NCBI GenBank assembly: GCA_036725105.1
Contig: DAIMET010000002.1
Span: forward strand, 5,534 to 69,533
Direction: 5' to 3'
Origin: Calditrichota bacterium
Lineage (GTDB): Bacteria > Caldisericota > Caldisericia > UBA6126
DNA: 64,000 nucleotides
Both the position numbers and the translations under genes were made by a program. Shown piece by piece: positions 26,001 to 35,388 of this stretch. The notes below the pieces were generated by a model, which saw nothing but the letters and a program-made list of their open reading frames with translations, ran no database searches and had not been told where the DNA came from. Within the stretch, counting starts at the first letter, position 1. Each line of letters begins with the position of its first letter.

Positions 26001-29000
26001 CCAGGAGCTACAATTCCCGACTACAAATCTCTCTATGTGGATATGGATAATAGCTATGATCCGCTCGATCCTACCCCTGAAAAAACATGGTTGACTCCTA
26101 ATGACGTTCGATTAACATGGAGCTATATATATGCTCCCTTTACCGTAGTCCAACCTGAAGATTTTGATTATGAACACTACATTATTCCCGAAAGCCCTCT
26201 TGGCTTGGGTGCTTGCGATGCAAACCTTCGCCTGTGGGATCGCGTCGATCACAACGTTCTAATATCCGATCCAGAAAATGACGATGAAATACTATACGAT
26301 GCTGTTTGGGGTATCGGTGTATTATCTGCTCCCGATCCATCTGTGTACTTAGATGACATTATTGTCATGATCAAGACCAAAAAAGACAACACACGCATGA
26401 CCGATATTCAAATTGAAGATAATACCTATCTTTGCGGTTCTCTTATCGGTGAAAAAATACATTATTGGTGGAATCAAAATATTGTTCATGGTTTTACAGT
26501 TGGAAAAAACGGTGACTCCCGTTTCATTGACTGGGAAGTCTTCCCTTCCGATAAACTTGGAATGGAAGTTCACGTCACCGAAGAACTAAAAGTTGAACAA
26601 ACCTCTACATTAAAGATTACCGTAGAACCACCACCTAGACCAGGTTATTGGGATGACAATGTGTACATTCCCCAAGAAGAAGTATATGTGTTTGTAAAAG
26701 ATGTTGTTACTGGGAGAAATATATTCATTGATGAAGATTACCGCGTGTTAGACGGTGATCATCAAATGACTTCCTTCGAGATCACTCCATACCGTGGATC
26801 TTGCTCTGTTGATGGAAACTACAAAGGTTTCAAAAGATTGTATGAAGAAGGACGATACGTATTAGAAGATTTTGATAATCGCTTGCGAATTGTCGCCATA
26901 CGAAATACCGGTGGTATTGATGATAGCGTTCCACCAGAGGTTTCTTTGTATGATCCTTTCTGGAAACAACACGATAATAGGTCTTATTTCAACGGCCAAA
27001 ATGAACTTGGACGACTTATTGGACATGCCTATGGGTGTAAACCTCAATCCACACCTCCTTGGAACGACAATATTCCCCCTCTATTCCACACCAGTTATGA
27101 TTGTTTTACGGACATGGCATATGTAGTGGGATCCGAGGATATGCGTTTTACTGCTAATAAAAAATGCGTTGGTGTTTTGGATCAAAAATTCCCCAATTTA
27201 TTTATCAATCTCATTGACAAAGATAACAAAAATGATGTGAATGATCCAGCTGATCTTCCCATATCTACTATAGCAGGAAGAGAAGTAGTAGCTTTTTATA
27301 ACGCAAATGGTGCAGGCATTGATTATATGTTTACCGGGTATATGGTAGAGCCACTTGACTCTTCTATAGCTCGTGTGTATAACAATGACGACATGGGCGT
27401 TAATGATCCTTACTACGATGATCTAGCTTACTCTGAAAAAGTAATTGTACAAGTGAATGAAGATGGTACATTCTGTTACTGGCATTGGGACGATGTCGGA
27501 CCTCACAAGGGCATTCTAGACCCCGGCGACGATCTATGGGTACCAAATCCAAATTATATTGGACCGCTCCCAGTTGGTGGCGACAAGTATGATATTGCCT
27601 ATATGGAACGAATACCTGGTTATATTCAAACCGTTAACAGCCCACAAGTGTTTGACAGTGATTGCTCCGAAGGTAAATATCAATGTCACAATTGTGGTGG
27701 CAGTGATTTCCGAAATGATGGTCTGGTATCTTACGGTGATAAATATGGTCCATTCAAAGTTGCTACTTTTGGTGTACCTGTTTATCTTCGAAACCATGGG
27801 GATACAAACTATTCCTCATCTGATAGCGGTGGTGTGATTCCTGTAACAGTTATTCCCCGTTCTGCTGCTACCAAACTCCAAGTACAAGTAAAAACTTTTA
27901 ACCTTATATTTGATTACAACTCTGAAATTCAACATCCACCTTATTTTATTGAAGATGGCATTGTATGTCCTCCTGGAATGTTCCACGACGAAGTTTTCTT
28001 TGATATTATTGGAAATCCCGGAGGAGGTTTGCGTCGTTATGAATCCATGGGAGTTGACTATTGTGGTGTTAAGTCCTTCAAAGTCTTAGCTCCTGATCCA
28101 TATGTTAACTTTGCTGAAATGGCAATGGTTGACCATGCATTACAAAATTCAGAAGTGAATTACACATCTGGAACCATGGATAATCAACCAATATCTAATC
28201 TTCCCTTACCTACACCTCAGATTCAATCTCCCTACAATCCAATTGTCCAAGACGTAGGAAGAGACTGCAAAGGATATCCTGGCGGCCAGACACACACTGG
28301 TAGATTACGCGGTGGAGTTATTTCCAGCGGATATACCCGAACTACTGAAGACCATTCCGGATGGAATGCATATCCAGCCATATGGTGGTGGAAATGGTAT
28401 GATGATGTTGACATTAACAATTTTACTGATTTCAATAAATTGGGTACAGAATTCTTCCCTCTAACCGATTATGGAATATACTTCATCGTCAAAGATATTA
28501 ATGGAAACCATCTCAGTTTTGACGAAAAAACCGATCAAGATTTCCGTATTCGACGTATGGAAATTACTGGGCCATTTGCTCAACCAAAAATATTCAACCA
28601 GGTGAAGCATACTGTTACACCAGAATACGAATATAACAATGTTCGCAATGTACCTATTAACTACGACTGGTCTGGAAAGATTGTTGTTGAGCACTCCAAT
28701 ATGCAAGATTACGAGTATGATTACGGATATGATTGGACAGATAAAAACGGTGATTGGGATATTTCTCAACCCGATAACGAGCTAACAAAATATCCTAATG
28801 AAAATGCTCAATTACGCGATGGAGGACAACTTGACTTCCGAGGACTTACCAATGTCTTCCGTTTTGAAGAAATAATCCCTATTTCTCATGGAATCATAAA
28901 CATTAAAGTTATTCTATGGGACGGAACAGTAAAAATTTACCAAGATTGTTGTGCTGAACCTCCAACCGATGGTATTGATGCACATGCATTGGAAATTGTT

Positions 29001-32000
29001 ACTGAATCGGATCATGTTGTTGCAGATGTTGACAACAAAGTAGTTGCAACCATTAAAGAATACGAAATGATGCAAAGCACTGAAATGTGTAATGATGCCT
29101 TCGTATTTGTATGGCAAGATCGCGGTGTTGCCACCAAAAACAGCAAATTATTCAATGGTGCAGGTGATGGTTGGGTTACCAATCCTCCCAGAAATACTGT
29201 AACTACCGAATTAAAAGAACAATATGACTGGGAAGAAGATTTAAATAATGACGGCAAGATTTCCTTCCGTGATTATGAAACTGAAATTATCGGTACATAC
29301 GATATGGCTACCAATACTTGGGCTGGTGGATTGATTGATGCTCGAACCTTCCAACGAAACAATGGACTATATGAGTTTGATCTGTCTGCTTCCAACGGTG
29401 CGCTGGTTAATACAATCGGTATTGATTTTGGTGGTCCAAACGATGAACCTGATCACGTCATCAGTGAAAATGAAACCCTTCCTATTATGATTACAGCATA
29501 CAAGTATGGAGATGACGACAACGATCGTGCTTTCACTCCGCTCTATGGATTGCCAGGAACACCTCCTCAATATTCCCATGAAGTATATCTTTCTGGGCAA
29601 AAATTCCTAACCATTGAACCTGTATTTGACCTGTCTGTATCCGTTCAACCTAACCCCTTGACAGCTGGTGTAACCCCTGAACTTGTCGATCCTGTTTCAC
29701 CTCTTTCTTTTGTACTTACTGACCAAGAAGGCAATCCTGTTGACCTATCTGTTGGTGTTTTAGACATGAAGGGCAATCGTGAAGTATTAGATGACCATAT
29801 TTGGAATTTCTTATTCAAGGATATTCACCCTGATCCACTTCCAGAATATTATTGGCTGCGAACCGACCTTCACAACGATGACGAAACTCGCATATCCAAC
29901 CGATACCTATACTCTACTTCTTCTGCTGCCTTCCAACCTATCAAGATTGATTTCAGCCTTGCAAAAGACGGTAAATATGCTTTCCGAGGTTTCTGTGCCA
30001 ACGATGAAGGAGAATTTGATGTAATCATTTACACTCCTGACCGCAAGCATGCTGCCAAAGCACAAGTGAATGTTGTATTGCCGACTGTTGAATATAGTAT
30101 TGCAAATGCAGAAGACCCTGGTTTAACCACCTACATGGTACCTGGTGAACCAGATTTTGTGTTAACCGCAGCCGACAATAGAATCTATCGGATCACGATT
30201 ACTGCAAAGAATGCACAAGGTCTCTTGTTGAAAGGTGTAAGCAAAGGCGTCAGCACTTGTGGTGGTGGTATTAAAAATACTGCTCGCTTTACTCCTTACA
30301 TGACTAGACCAGCATCTTTTGATTTTGACGAAAAAGATCGCAAACTTTTTGCAGAACACTTCCTGCAAGACTTGTATCCCTACATTCCTCATCTTGGTTT
30401 TGACTTCAATGACAATGCTAAGATTGACCGTACAGCTTCCGAACTATGCCAAGCTGGTGGATTTGTTCATACCAAAAACCGCAACGATCAAGTCACACTT
30501 GGACATGTGTATTACAATACAACTCTCGTCCGATTTGATGAACAAAGCATTTATGGTGGATGGGATATCGAACCAAACCGCGGTTTAGTTCCCCCTGTAA
30601 AAGGGTGGGGTCTTGGTGCTATTTACAATAGCGCTCACAAAGGCGGTTACTTGTTTGCCGATATTGATCCAAATGAAAAGCTTGACTACCACGATTCCCT
30701 AGGTTTGGATGTCAATGCACAAACCACCTTCTATGTCTTCGCAGAAGATATATGCTATATCGGCGGATTAGTAGGCGACAATGTGTATTGTAATAATCCA
30801 TCTCAAGCTGATCTTTGTGGATATCCTCCAAAGTATAAAACTGATCCTGCACACACTATTTCACGATTTGATCCCGGTAGAACCAATGACAATACATTCT
30901 TCCTCGATTGGGAAGCTTTCCCCAGCCACGAAGTTCACATTGCACCTCCACGCCTGACCGTACTTTCTGCTCTCACCCGTGTTGAACTTGGACAAGATCT
31001 CCTGAATGCTGCCAATTACGATTTAACCTATGCCATTGAAAACAACATGATTGTGCAAGTACGACCTGCCGACTCTCGTGATCTTCCTATGCACGAAGAT
31101 GGCCGGGTCTTCTTGTTTGGTAATCAACACCAAACTGCCATTTACGGCGATACTACTGCTTCCCCTACAGATCCATCTGTCATGGAAACCACTCTCTTCT
31201 TCACCCCCACCGGCGTTGGCGAACAAATTGCCTCTCTGGGATACTTCAATCCCAACCACCACTATCATGTTGAACCATACCAATTTGACAACACCTCTAC
31301 ATATACTCTCCGTGACCTTCTCCACTTTGATTCCATTGTTGGATTACAAGTGGAAGTTGCTTCTGTTCCTTCTCTGAATCCCAATGTCACTTCTGAGCTT
31401 ACCATTTCGGTTTCAGAAATCGGAACCAATGCACCCGTTGAAGGTGCAAAAGTAACCATTGAAGGACCTGGTATCAATACGACCGGTACCACCAATGAGC
31501 AAGGCGTTTTGAACACAAAAGTCACTCCCAACAAAAAAGGAATTGTAACCATTCACGTTACCAATACCAACATGATGGAAGGCCATACAGAAGTATGGGT
31601 CAAACCAGACACAACTGAACCTATTCTAGAATTGGATCCCGTGGCCTCTATTACTAACAAAGCCACCCTGGAAGTGACCGGAATGACCAATCCTGGCAAT
31701 GAAGTAACAGTCAACAATGAACCTGCTACCGTTTCACAAAATGGGACCTTCTCCATTCGTGTTACGTTGGAAGAAGGACTCAATACAATTATCGCTACTG
31801 CCACCACCCCCACCGGAAAGACTGTACGCCGTATGCTCACTATTACCCTTGATACGACCCCTCCCATGATTTTTGTTGATGATCCAGGGGCACTCCAGGG
31901 ATCAGAACCCTTCACCTATACCCTTACAGGCCGTGTAGAACCAGACTGTAAAGTGACTGTCAACAACCAAGACGCAACTGTAACCCATGACATATGGTCC

Positions 32001-32105
32001 ATTGATGTGACCATCAAACCAGGGAAAAATGCTTTTGTCATTACAGCCACTGATGTTGCAGGTAATGTCAATACGATGAATTTTGAAGTGATTGTTGAAG
32101 AATAG
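23073..32105 (+). CDS. Giant secreted protein, 3,010 aa, unknown family (paralogue 2)
   Basis: Uninterrupted 9 kb ORF. The start is set at ATG 23073, with AGGAG 7 nt upstream, giving MKKLTSGLIALLMFASILQVGFYSVPAKA/AE with an AxA cleavage site. The track start at 23025 adds 16 residues. A strong terminator follows. Confidence 0.8.
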   Translation: MKKLTSGLIALLMFASILQVGFYSVPAKAAESQNAVFIASRFIPVGFERDGTALDPGIDFPWQKPGEMCWGGDEYGMPDTELAVLAHYIYSEEPLGLTPEPVSESYKKGPNEYAFGDINIPARPDQPHFDELGNQLYDQEGFPITTNTTVQPLLWTEFYLMVDPASGKSQEYNRWYAVYDSAGQLWFDKDGYFNDCRYYEFADPSNLYDTYEVQFDPEKNDLEKFLSAFQENNTCRNNKNAIVDPIGSNNTQGPYFLDPDHPMYRGDMDAGGITRNYFWDREGTGRYFRIGWIDMPDFPILIDEFGVRSPTSVVGNLSTHGETKKADWDGAAQYPLYDFSYWGLPSDFADSMGLPRSVSCEGVEQVDSNAQPYDDYTWYYTSDPNDDESMYVNVYDELHADNINASGNRIKPDPVDDGIDYYANVSAYHPGEWIYRKGVDTSTLPPTPNNDYTVQVGDFRLTPVAVRMDDGKTYYKYAANTTVKEGDKDVDISLWRFVANFAETGMFAGERTGKANDEMHTENINSSRSTTWGMDFDWTLYEYGEWIYKEAGTTGFGVVSYGDFRLSNVNNLINPITNAKYLKRGYVNATMIPVPAYPGSLTKVPRIYGDVLLLGEVLHGGCNEPTYNLSVQTDVWSGIMPSVTSAALRSPNKDIQGAVQSVQKNTVLDPTGEEFFVPATTFQNINLKYREYIGVEIFKDNGVSNDICDLDETLTRAERYNLFPYNLSDDQEEGIACEEYLGAEDSIITSRDIGRVLTPFPSDVMYYEGSQNPIYGCQEPIYKNKNKVDDGLGNQIVNEGDIRLTDRMITRSNLVTEYKAGSEVSEGDLDVGDILFHFSKLDMFYDQDWPNEKIFKNGTYDIGEDIYHLGNMEIDQKQFLPVNHQFYMGLTTGSGTERYFDTVLYYDADGDGKASPGDIRVFDLSGRFPNGSILTVHDADCPTSLSSWDNYDTLLYYPMDGLVDIFTLAEDYDVSRPGATIPDYKSLYVDMDNSYDPLDPTPEKTWLTPNDVRLTWSYIYAPFTVVQPEDFDYEHYIIPESPLGLGACDANLRLWDRVDHNVLISDPENDDEILYDAVWGIGVLSAPDPSVYLDDIIVMIKTKKDNTRMTDIQIEDNTYLCGSLIGEKIHYWWNQNIVHGFTVGKNGDSRFIDWEVFPSDKLGMEVHVTEELKVEQTSTLKITVEPPPRPGYWDDNVYIPQEEVYVFVKDVVTGRNIFIDEDYRVLDGDHQMTSFEITPYRGSCSVDGNYKGFKRLYEEGRYVLEDFDNRLRIVAIRNTGGIDDSVPPEVSLYDPFWKQHDNRSYFNGQNELGRLIGHAYGCKPQSTPPWNDNIPPLFHTSYDCFTDMAYVVGSEDMRFTANKKCVGVLDQKFPNLFINLIDKDNKNDVNDPADLPISTIAGREVVAFYNANGAGIDYMFTGYMVEPLDSSIARVYNNDDMGVNDPYYDDLAYSEKVIVQVNEDGTFCYWHWDDVGPHKGILDPGDDLWVPNPNYIGPLPVGGDKYDIAYMERIPGYIQTVNSPQVFDSDCSEGKYQCHNCGGSDFRNDGLVSYGDKYGPFKVATFGVPVYLRNHGDTNYSSSDSGGVIPVTVIPRSAATKLQVQVKTFNLIFDYNSEIQHPPYFIEDGIVCPPGMFHDEVFFDIIGNPGGGLRRYESMGVDYCGVKSFKVLAPDPYVNFAEMAMVDHALQNSEVNYTSGTMDNQPISNLPLPTPQIQSPYNPIVQDVGRDCKGYPGGQTHTGRLRGGVISSGYTRTTEDHSGWNAYPAIWWWKWYDDVDINNFTDFNKLGTEFFPLTDYGIYFIVKDINGNHLSFDEKTDQDFRIRRMEITGPFAQPKIFNQVKHTVTPEYEYNNVRNVPINYDWSGKIVVEHSNMQDYEYDYGYDWTDKNGDWDISQPDNELTKYPNENAQLRDGGQLDFRGLTNVFRFEEIIPISHGIINIKVILWDGTVKIYQDCCAEPPTDGIDAHALEIVTESDHVVADVDNKVVATIKEYEMMQSTEMCNDAFVFVWQDRGVATKNSKLFNGAGDGWVTNPPRNTVTTELKEQYDWEEDLNNDGKISFRDYETEIIGTYDMATNTWAGGLIDARTFQRNNGLYEFDLSASNGALVNTIGIDFGGPNDEPDHVISENETLPIMITAYKYGDDDNDRAFTPLYGLPGTPPQYSHEVYLSGQKFLTIEPVFDLSVSVQPNPLTAGVTPELVDPVSPLSFVLTDQEGNPVDLSVGVLDMKGNREVLDDHIWNFLFKDIHPDPLPEYYWLRTDLHNDDETRISNRYLYSTSSAAFQPIKIDFSLAKDGKYAFRGFCANDEGEFDVIIYTPDRKHAAKAQVNVVLPTVEYSIANAEDPGLTTYMVPGEPDFVLTAADNRIYRITITAKNAQGLLLKGVSKGVSTCGGGIKNTARFTPYMTRPASFDFDEKDRKLFAEHFLQDLYPYIPHLGFDFNDNAKIDRTASELCQAGGFVHTKNRNDQVTLGHVYYNTTLVRFDEQSIYGGWDIEPNRGLVPPVKGWGLGAIYNSAHKGGYLFADIDPNEKLDYHDSLGLDVNAQTTFYVFAEDICYIGGLVGDNVYCNNPSQADLCGYPPKYKTDPAHTISRFDPGRTNDNTFFLDWEAFPSHEVHIAPPRLTVLSALTRVELGQDLLNAANYDLTYAIENNMIVQVRPADSRDLPMHEDGRVFLFGNQHQTAIYGDTTASPTDPSVMETTLFFTPTGVGEQIASLGYFNPNHHYHVEPYQFDNTSTYTLRDLLHFDSIVGLQVEVASVPSLNPNVTSELTISVSEIGTNAPVEGAKVTIEGPGINTTGTTNEQGVLNTKVTPNKKGIVTIHVTNTNMMEGHTEVWVKPDTTEPILELDPVASITNKATLEVTGMTNPGNEVTVNNEPATVSQNGTFSIRVTLEEGLNTIIATATTPTGKTVRRMLTITLDTTPPMIFVDDPGALQGSEPFTYTLTGRVEPDCKVTVNNQDATVTHDIWSIDVTIKPGKNAFVITATDVAGNVNTMNFEVIVEE
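30606..32095 (+). repeat. Direct repeat copy B (3' end of giant gene 2), ~1.49 kb
   Basis: Partner of 21453-22942. Off-frame and antisense ORFs in the track are duplicated letter for letter, e.g. 21870-22172 = 31023-31325 and 22400-22762 = 31553-31915. Confidence 0.9.
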
Positions 32106-32124
32106 CATTTCAATTTAACGATAG

Positions 32125-32163
32125 AAAAGCCCGAAAGCATGTGTATGCTTTCGGGCTTTTTTT
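32125..32163 (+). terminator. Rho-independent terminator after giant gene 2
   Basis: Perfect 16-bp stem AAAAGCCCGAAAGCAT / ATGCTTTCGGGCTTTT with loop GTGT, followed by a T-run. Confidence 0.8.
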
Positions 32164-32190
32164 GTAAGAAAAGATTGATGGGAACAGAAA

Positions 32191-32757
32191 ATGAACGACA
32201 AAGACAAAGCTCTTTTACTCGATGTAGCTCGAAGGAGCATAAAAAGCCATTTGTATGAAGAAGAGCACTTTTCTATGCCTAAGCAAAGCGATCATAACGT
32301 ACATTTATGGGAGAAAAAAGGATGCTTCGTGACACTGACCAGCAGTGACCAATTACGTGGGTGCATCGGAACAATTGAGCCCATCTATGCTCTTATCAAA
32401 AGTGTACACCTTAATGCAATCAACGCTGCTTTTTATGATCCTAGATTTTTTCCCTTATCCGTAGAAGAATACCCTGATGTTTGCATTGAGATATCTGTTT
32501 TAACTGTGCCTGCTGAACTTCACTATTCTACACCTGACGATTTGCTAAGCCGTGTTAAACCTGGTGTAGATGGAATTATCCTTCAGCTTAATCATCATCG
32601 TGCAACATTTCTACCTCAAGTCTGGGAGGAGCTTTCAAACCCAGAGGATTTTTTCAACCAACTTTCCTGTAAAGCAGGGTTAGATCCAAACGATTGGAAA
32701 AATAACCCTAACATGAAAATCTTTACATATCAGGTCGAAAAGTTTGCTGAAGAATAA
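32191..32757 (+). CDS. AMMECR1-domain protein
   Basis: GCFVTLTSSDQLRGCIGTIEP and DPRFFPL are characteristic AMMECR1 motifs. Confidence 0.8.
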   Translation: MNDKDKALLLDVARRSIKSHLYEEEHFSMPKQSDHNVHLWEKKGCFVTLTSSDQLRGCIGTIEPIYALIKSVHLNAINAAFYDPRFFPLSVEEYPDVCIEISVLTVPAELHYSTPDDLLSRVKPGVDGIILQLNHHRATFLPQVWEELSNPEDFFNQLSCKAGLDPNDWKNNPNMKIFTYQVEKFAEE

Positions 32758-34390
32758 AATATTTATTACGGCTCTTGCTATATTTTTAATCGGTAGTCTT
32801 GGAATAATTATCTGGATTCAACAAATGAGACCAGAAAAACTATCATTACTAACCCCATCTGTCTACGTAGATGGTTGGGAATATTCCAGTAATTTTATTT
32901 CTACTACCAACGATGGGATTCATATTTCATGTCAAATGTTACGGGATATTGCAAACATGGAAATTTACTGGGATGTTTCTGATAAAATTGTAGTATACAC
33001 GAACCCAAAGCAAGTAGTGTACATTGGTCTTGACTCATCGTTTGATCAAGACATCAAATGGATTGGATCGATGCCATTTTTACCCCTACACTCAGTAGAG
33101 CTTCTTTATGATGGAAAAATTACGTGGTATTCAGATTCACAATGCCTTCATGTTATAAGACCAGCATTTCAAAGTTATCAAACCAAGCTAGTGAAAAACG
33201 AATGGTTGAAAGCTTATCCATTTTCAAAGGCAGATTTCTATCAGAAAATATTCAAAGACCAATCTGTTATGGTTCTGAAAGTACAAAATGATTGGGTAAA
33301 AATTTCAACGAATCAAGGAATTGTGGGATGGGTGGAAAAAATATCACTAGATACTGATTTACATCCTCCTCATTATGCATTACCAGAAAAGCCAAAGAAA
33401 GCAGAAACAGTTTCATCAAAGATCTGCATGACCTGGCACTATGTTTATCGCACAATGTCTGATCCAGAGGAATTCTATGTAGCAGAAGAACTTGACGTTC
33501 TTTCACCTACCTGGCTATCTCTTGCTAATGAGCAAGGAGATCTTGTAGATAAAGGCCGAAAAGACTATATAGATTGGGCTAACAAACATCAATATCAAGT
33601 ATGGATAGGATGTACCAATAGTTTTGATCCTGATTTAACACACGCAGTATTGGAAAGTACAAAAAAAAGAAAAACACTAATTGATGCTCTACTTTTAAAG
33701 GTAGAATATTATGGAGCTTCCGGATTGAATATTGATTGGGAAAATATTCATCTGGCAGACAAAGATCTTTTTACCCAGTTTATACGCGAATTATACCCCA
33801 TTTTTCATCAAAACAATCTTCTTGTATCCATTGATATTACTACGATATCAGAAAGCGAAAATTGGTCTTTGTGTTACGATCGAGAAAAACTGGGAAAAGT
33901 AACAGATTACATCGTGCTAATGGCATATGACCAATACTGGGCAGGAGGAGGAGAGAGCGGATCGGTAGCAGAGTATGACTGGGTACAAAAAGGAGTTGAA
34001 GAATTGATTGAGCTTGTTCCTGCAGATAAAGTGATTTTAGGAGTTCCTTTCTATTCCAGGCTATGGATAGAGGATCACTCAACTATCCCCATTACAGCAG
34101 AATCAGAGTCCTATTATATGGAATATGCAATGGAGTTGGGAGATACATATAGTGCCAAATGGGATTCATCGATACGTCAATATTATGCTCAATGGGAAAG
34201 GTATCCCTATACATACAAACTTTGGATTGAAGAACCCAAATCTGTTTTGCATAAAGTTCAGTTGGTTCACAAGTACAACTTAGCAGGAGTTGCCTTTTGG
34301 CGAAAAGGGTATGAAAAAACCGAAATATGGCCTCTTGTGCGGGAAGTATTAGATAATCCCTCACAAAATATTAATGAATTAAGTTGGTGA
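32744..34390 (+). CDS. Membrane-anchored glycoside hydrolase family 18-like protein (YaaH/YdhD-type peptidoglycan/chitin hydrolase) with an SH3b-like segment
   Basis: N-terminal TM helix. GLNIDWEN is a GH18 DxDWE-type catalytic motif. MAYDQYW and GVPFYSRLW are also present, along with the SH3b-like segment VLKVQNDWVKISTNQGIVGWV. The TTG start overlaps the upstream gene. Confidence 0.7.
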   Translation: MLKNKIFITALAIFLIGSLGIIIWIQQMRPEKLSLLTPSVYVDGWEYSSNFISTTNDGIHISCQMLRDIANMEIYWDVSDKIVVYTNPKQVVYIGLDSSFDQDIKWIGSMPFLPLHSVELLYDGKITWYSDSQCLHVIRPAFQSYQTKLVKNEWLKAYPFSKADFYQKIFKDQSVMVLKVQNDWVKISTNQGIVGWVEKISLDTDLHPPHYALPEKPKKAETVSSKICMTWHYVYRTMSDPEEFYVAEELDVLSPTWLSLANEQGDLVDKGRKDYIDWANKHQYQVWIGCTNSFDPDLTHAVLESTKKRKTLIDALLLKVEYYGASGLNIDWENIHLADKDLFTQFIRELYPIFHQNNLLVSIDITTISESENWSLCYDREKLGKVTDYIVLMAYDQYWAGGGESGSVAEYDWVQKGVEELIELVPADKVILGVPFYSRLWIEDHSTIPITAESESYYMEYAMELGDTYSAKWDSSIRQYYAQWERYPYTYKLWIEEPKSVLHKVQLVHKYNLAGVAFWRKGYEKTEIWPLVREVLDNPSQNINELSW

Positions 34391-34394
34391 GAAT

Positions 34395-34805
34395 ATGCAG
34401 TCAAGTTGGAGAAATATACTTGTTATTTGTATTGTGGTTAGTTTCATCGGAGTTGTGGCTATTTGGAAAAGTCAGGAAGCAGAAACCAAAATACCAACGC
34501 ATAGCTATGAAACAAATGGACTTCCCTTGCTACTGGAGGTAGGATCTGATACCTGTGTTCCTTGTGTAGCAATGGAAGATGTGTTAAAAGAACTTCGAAA
34601 TGACTATATCAATGTTTTGCATGTCGAATTTTTGCATGCAAAGAATACCGAAGAGGTAAAAAAATTAGATGTACATGCAATACCTACACAGATATTTTAT
34701 GATGCTGATGGTAATGAATTTTATCGACATGTTGGTTTTTTTTCTACTCAAGAAATCCTTTCTATATTTAGAGATCATGGGATAAATATAGACACTCCCG
34801 AATAG
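34395..34805 (+). CDS. Membrane-anchored thioredoxin-like protein (CVPC)
   Basis: N-terminal TM helix, then LLLEVGSDTCVPCVAM..AIPTQIFYDADGNE (thioredoxin fold with cis-Pro). Confidence 0.7.
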   Translation: MQSSWRNILVICIVVSFIGVVAIWKSQEAETKIPTHSYETNGLPLLLEVGSDTCVPCVAMEDVLKELRNDYINVLHVEFLHAKNTEEVKKLDVHAIPTQIFYDADGNEFYRHVGFFSTQEILSIFRDHGINIDTPE

Positions 34806-34818
34806 AAAGGTGTTTGTT

Positions 34819-35388
34819 ATGTCTACCATTATCGCATTAACAGGACTTTGCGGATCAGGGAAAACAACTGCGGCATTAGTGATTGAAAAATTAGGGTACC
34901 AATATCTTCGCTTTGGGCAAATTGTGATTGACGCCTTGCAAAACAAAGCAATGGAAGTTACTCCAGAAAACGAAAAGTTGATTCGGCATCAATTACGCGA
35001 AACCTATGGCATGGGAGCATTTGCTATTGCTAATCAGCAAAAAATCTACAATATGTCAAAAAAGGGCAATGTGGTCATTGATGGGATGTACAGCTTTGAA
35101 GAATACAAAATTCTAAAAGAACAATTCCAAGATGATTTCATCAATGTGGCGGTATATGCTCCTCCAATTGTACGTTACAATAGGCTTGGAAGTAGATTTA
35201 CCCAAACAGGCGATGTAGAAACACGCTTTCGTCCTTTAACCAGAATTGAAGCACAAAAGCGCGATTATGATGAAATTGAAAATGCATCTAAAGGCGGGCC
35301 CATTGCTATAGCAGATTGGACAATCTTAAATATTGCTACGTTGCAACACCTAGAAAAAGAAGTAAAGGAGTTTGTATGTCGGATATAA
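34819..35388 (+). CDS. P-loop nucleotide kinase, UPF0200 / dephospho-CoA-kinase-like
   Basis: P-loop in MSTIIALTGLCGSGKTT, plus VVIDGMYSFEEY and a RDYDEIE..IAIADWTI tail resembling archaeal-type UPF0200 kinases. ATG 34819 has GAAAGG 8 nt upstream. Confidence 0.55.
   Translation: MSTIIALTGLCGSGKTTAALVIEKLGYQYLRFGQIVIDALQNKAMEVTPENEKLIRHQLRETYGMGAFAIANQQKIYNMSKKGNVVIDGMYSFEEYKILKEQFQDDFINVAVYAPPIVRYNRLGSRFTQTGDVETRFRPLTRIEAQKRDYDEIENASKGGPIAIADWTILNIATLQHLEKEVKEFVCRI

Noticed and set aside
21453-32095. The idea that the identical 3' blocks are a diversity-generating retroelement template/variable repeat pair.
   Set aside because: The blocks are ~1.4 kb and essentially identical. The two mismatches at the edge are C/T and not adenine-specific. 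No reverse transcriptase gene is present in the window.
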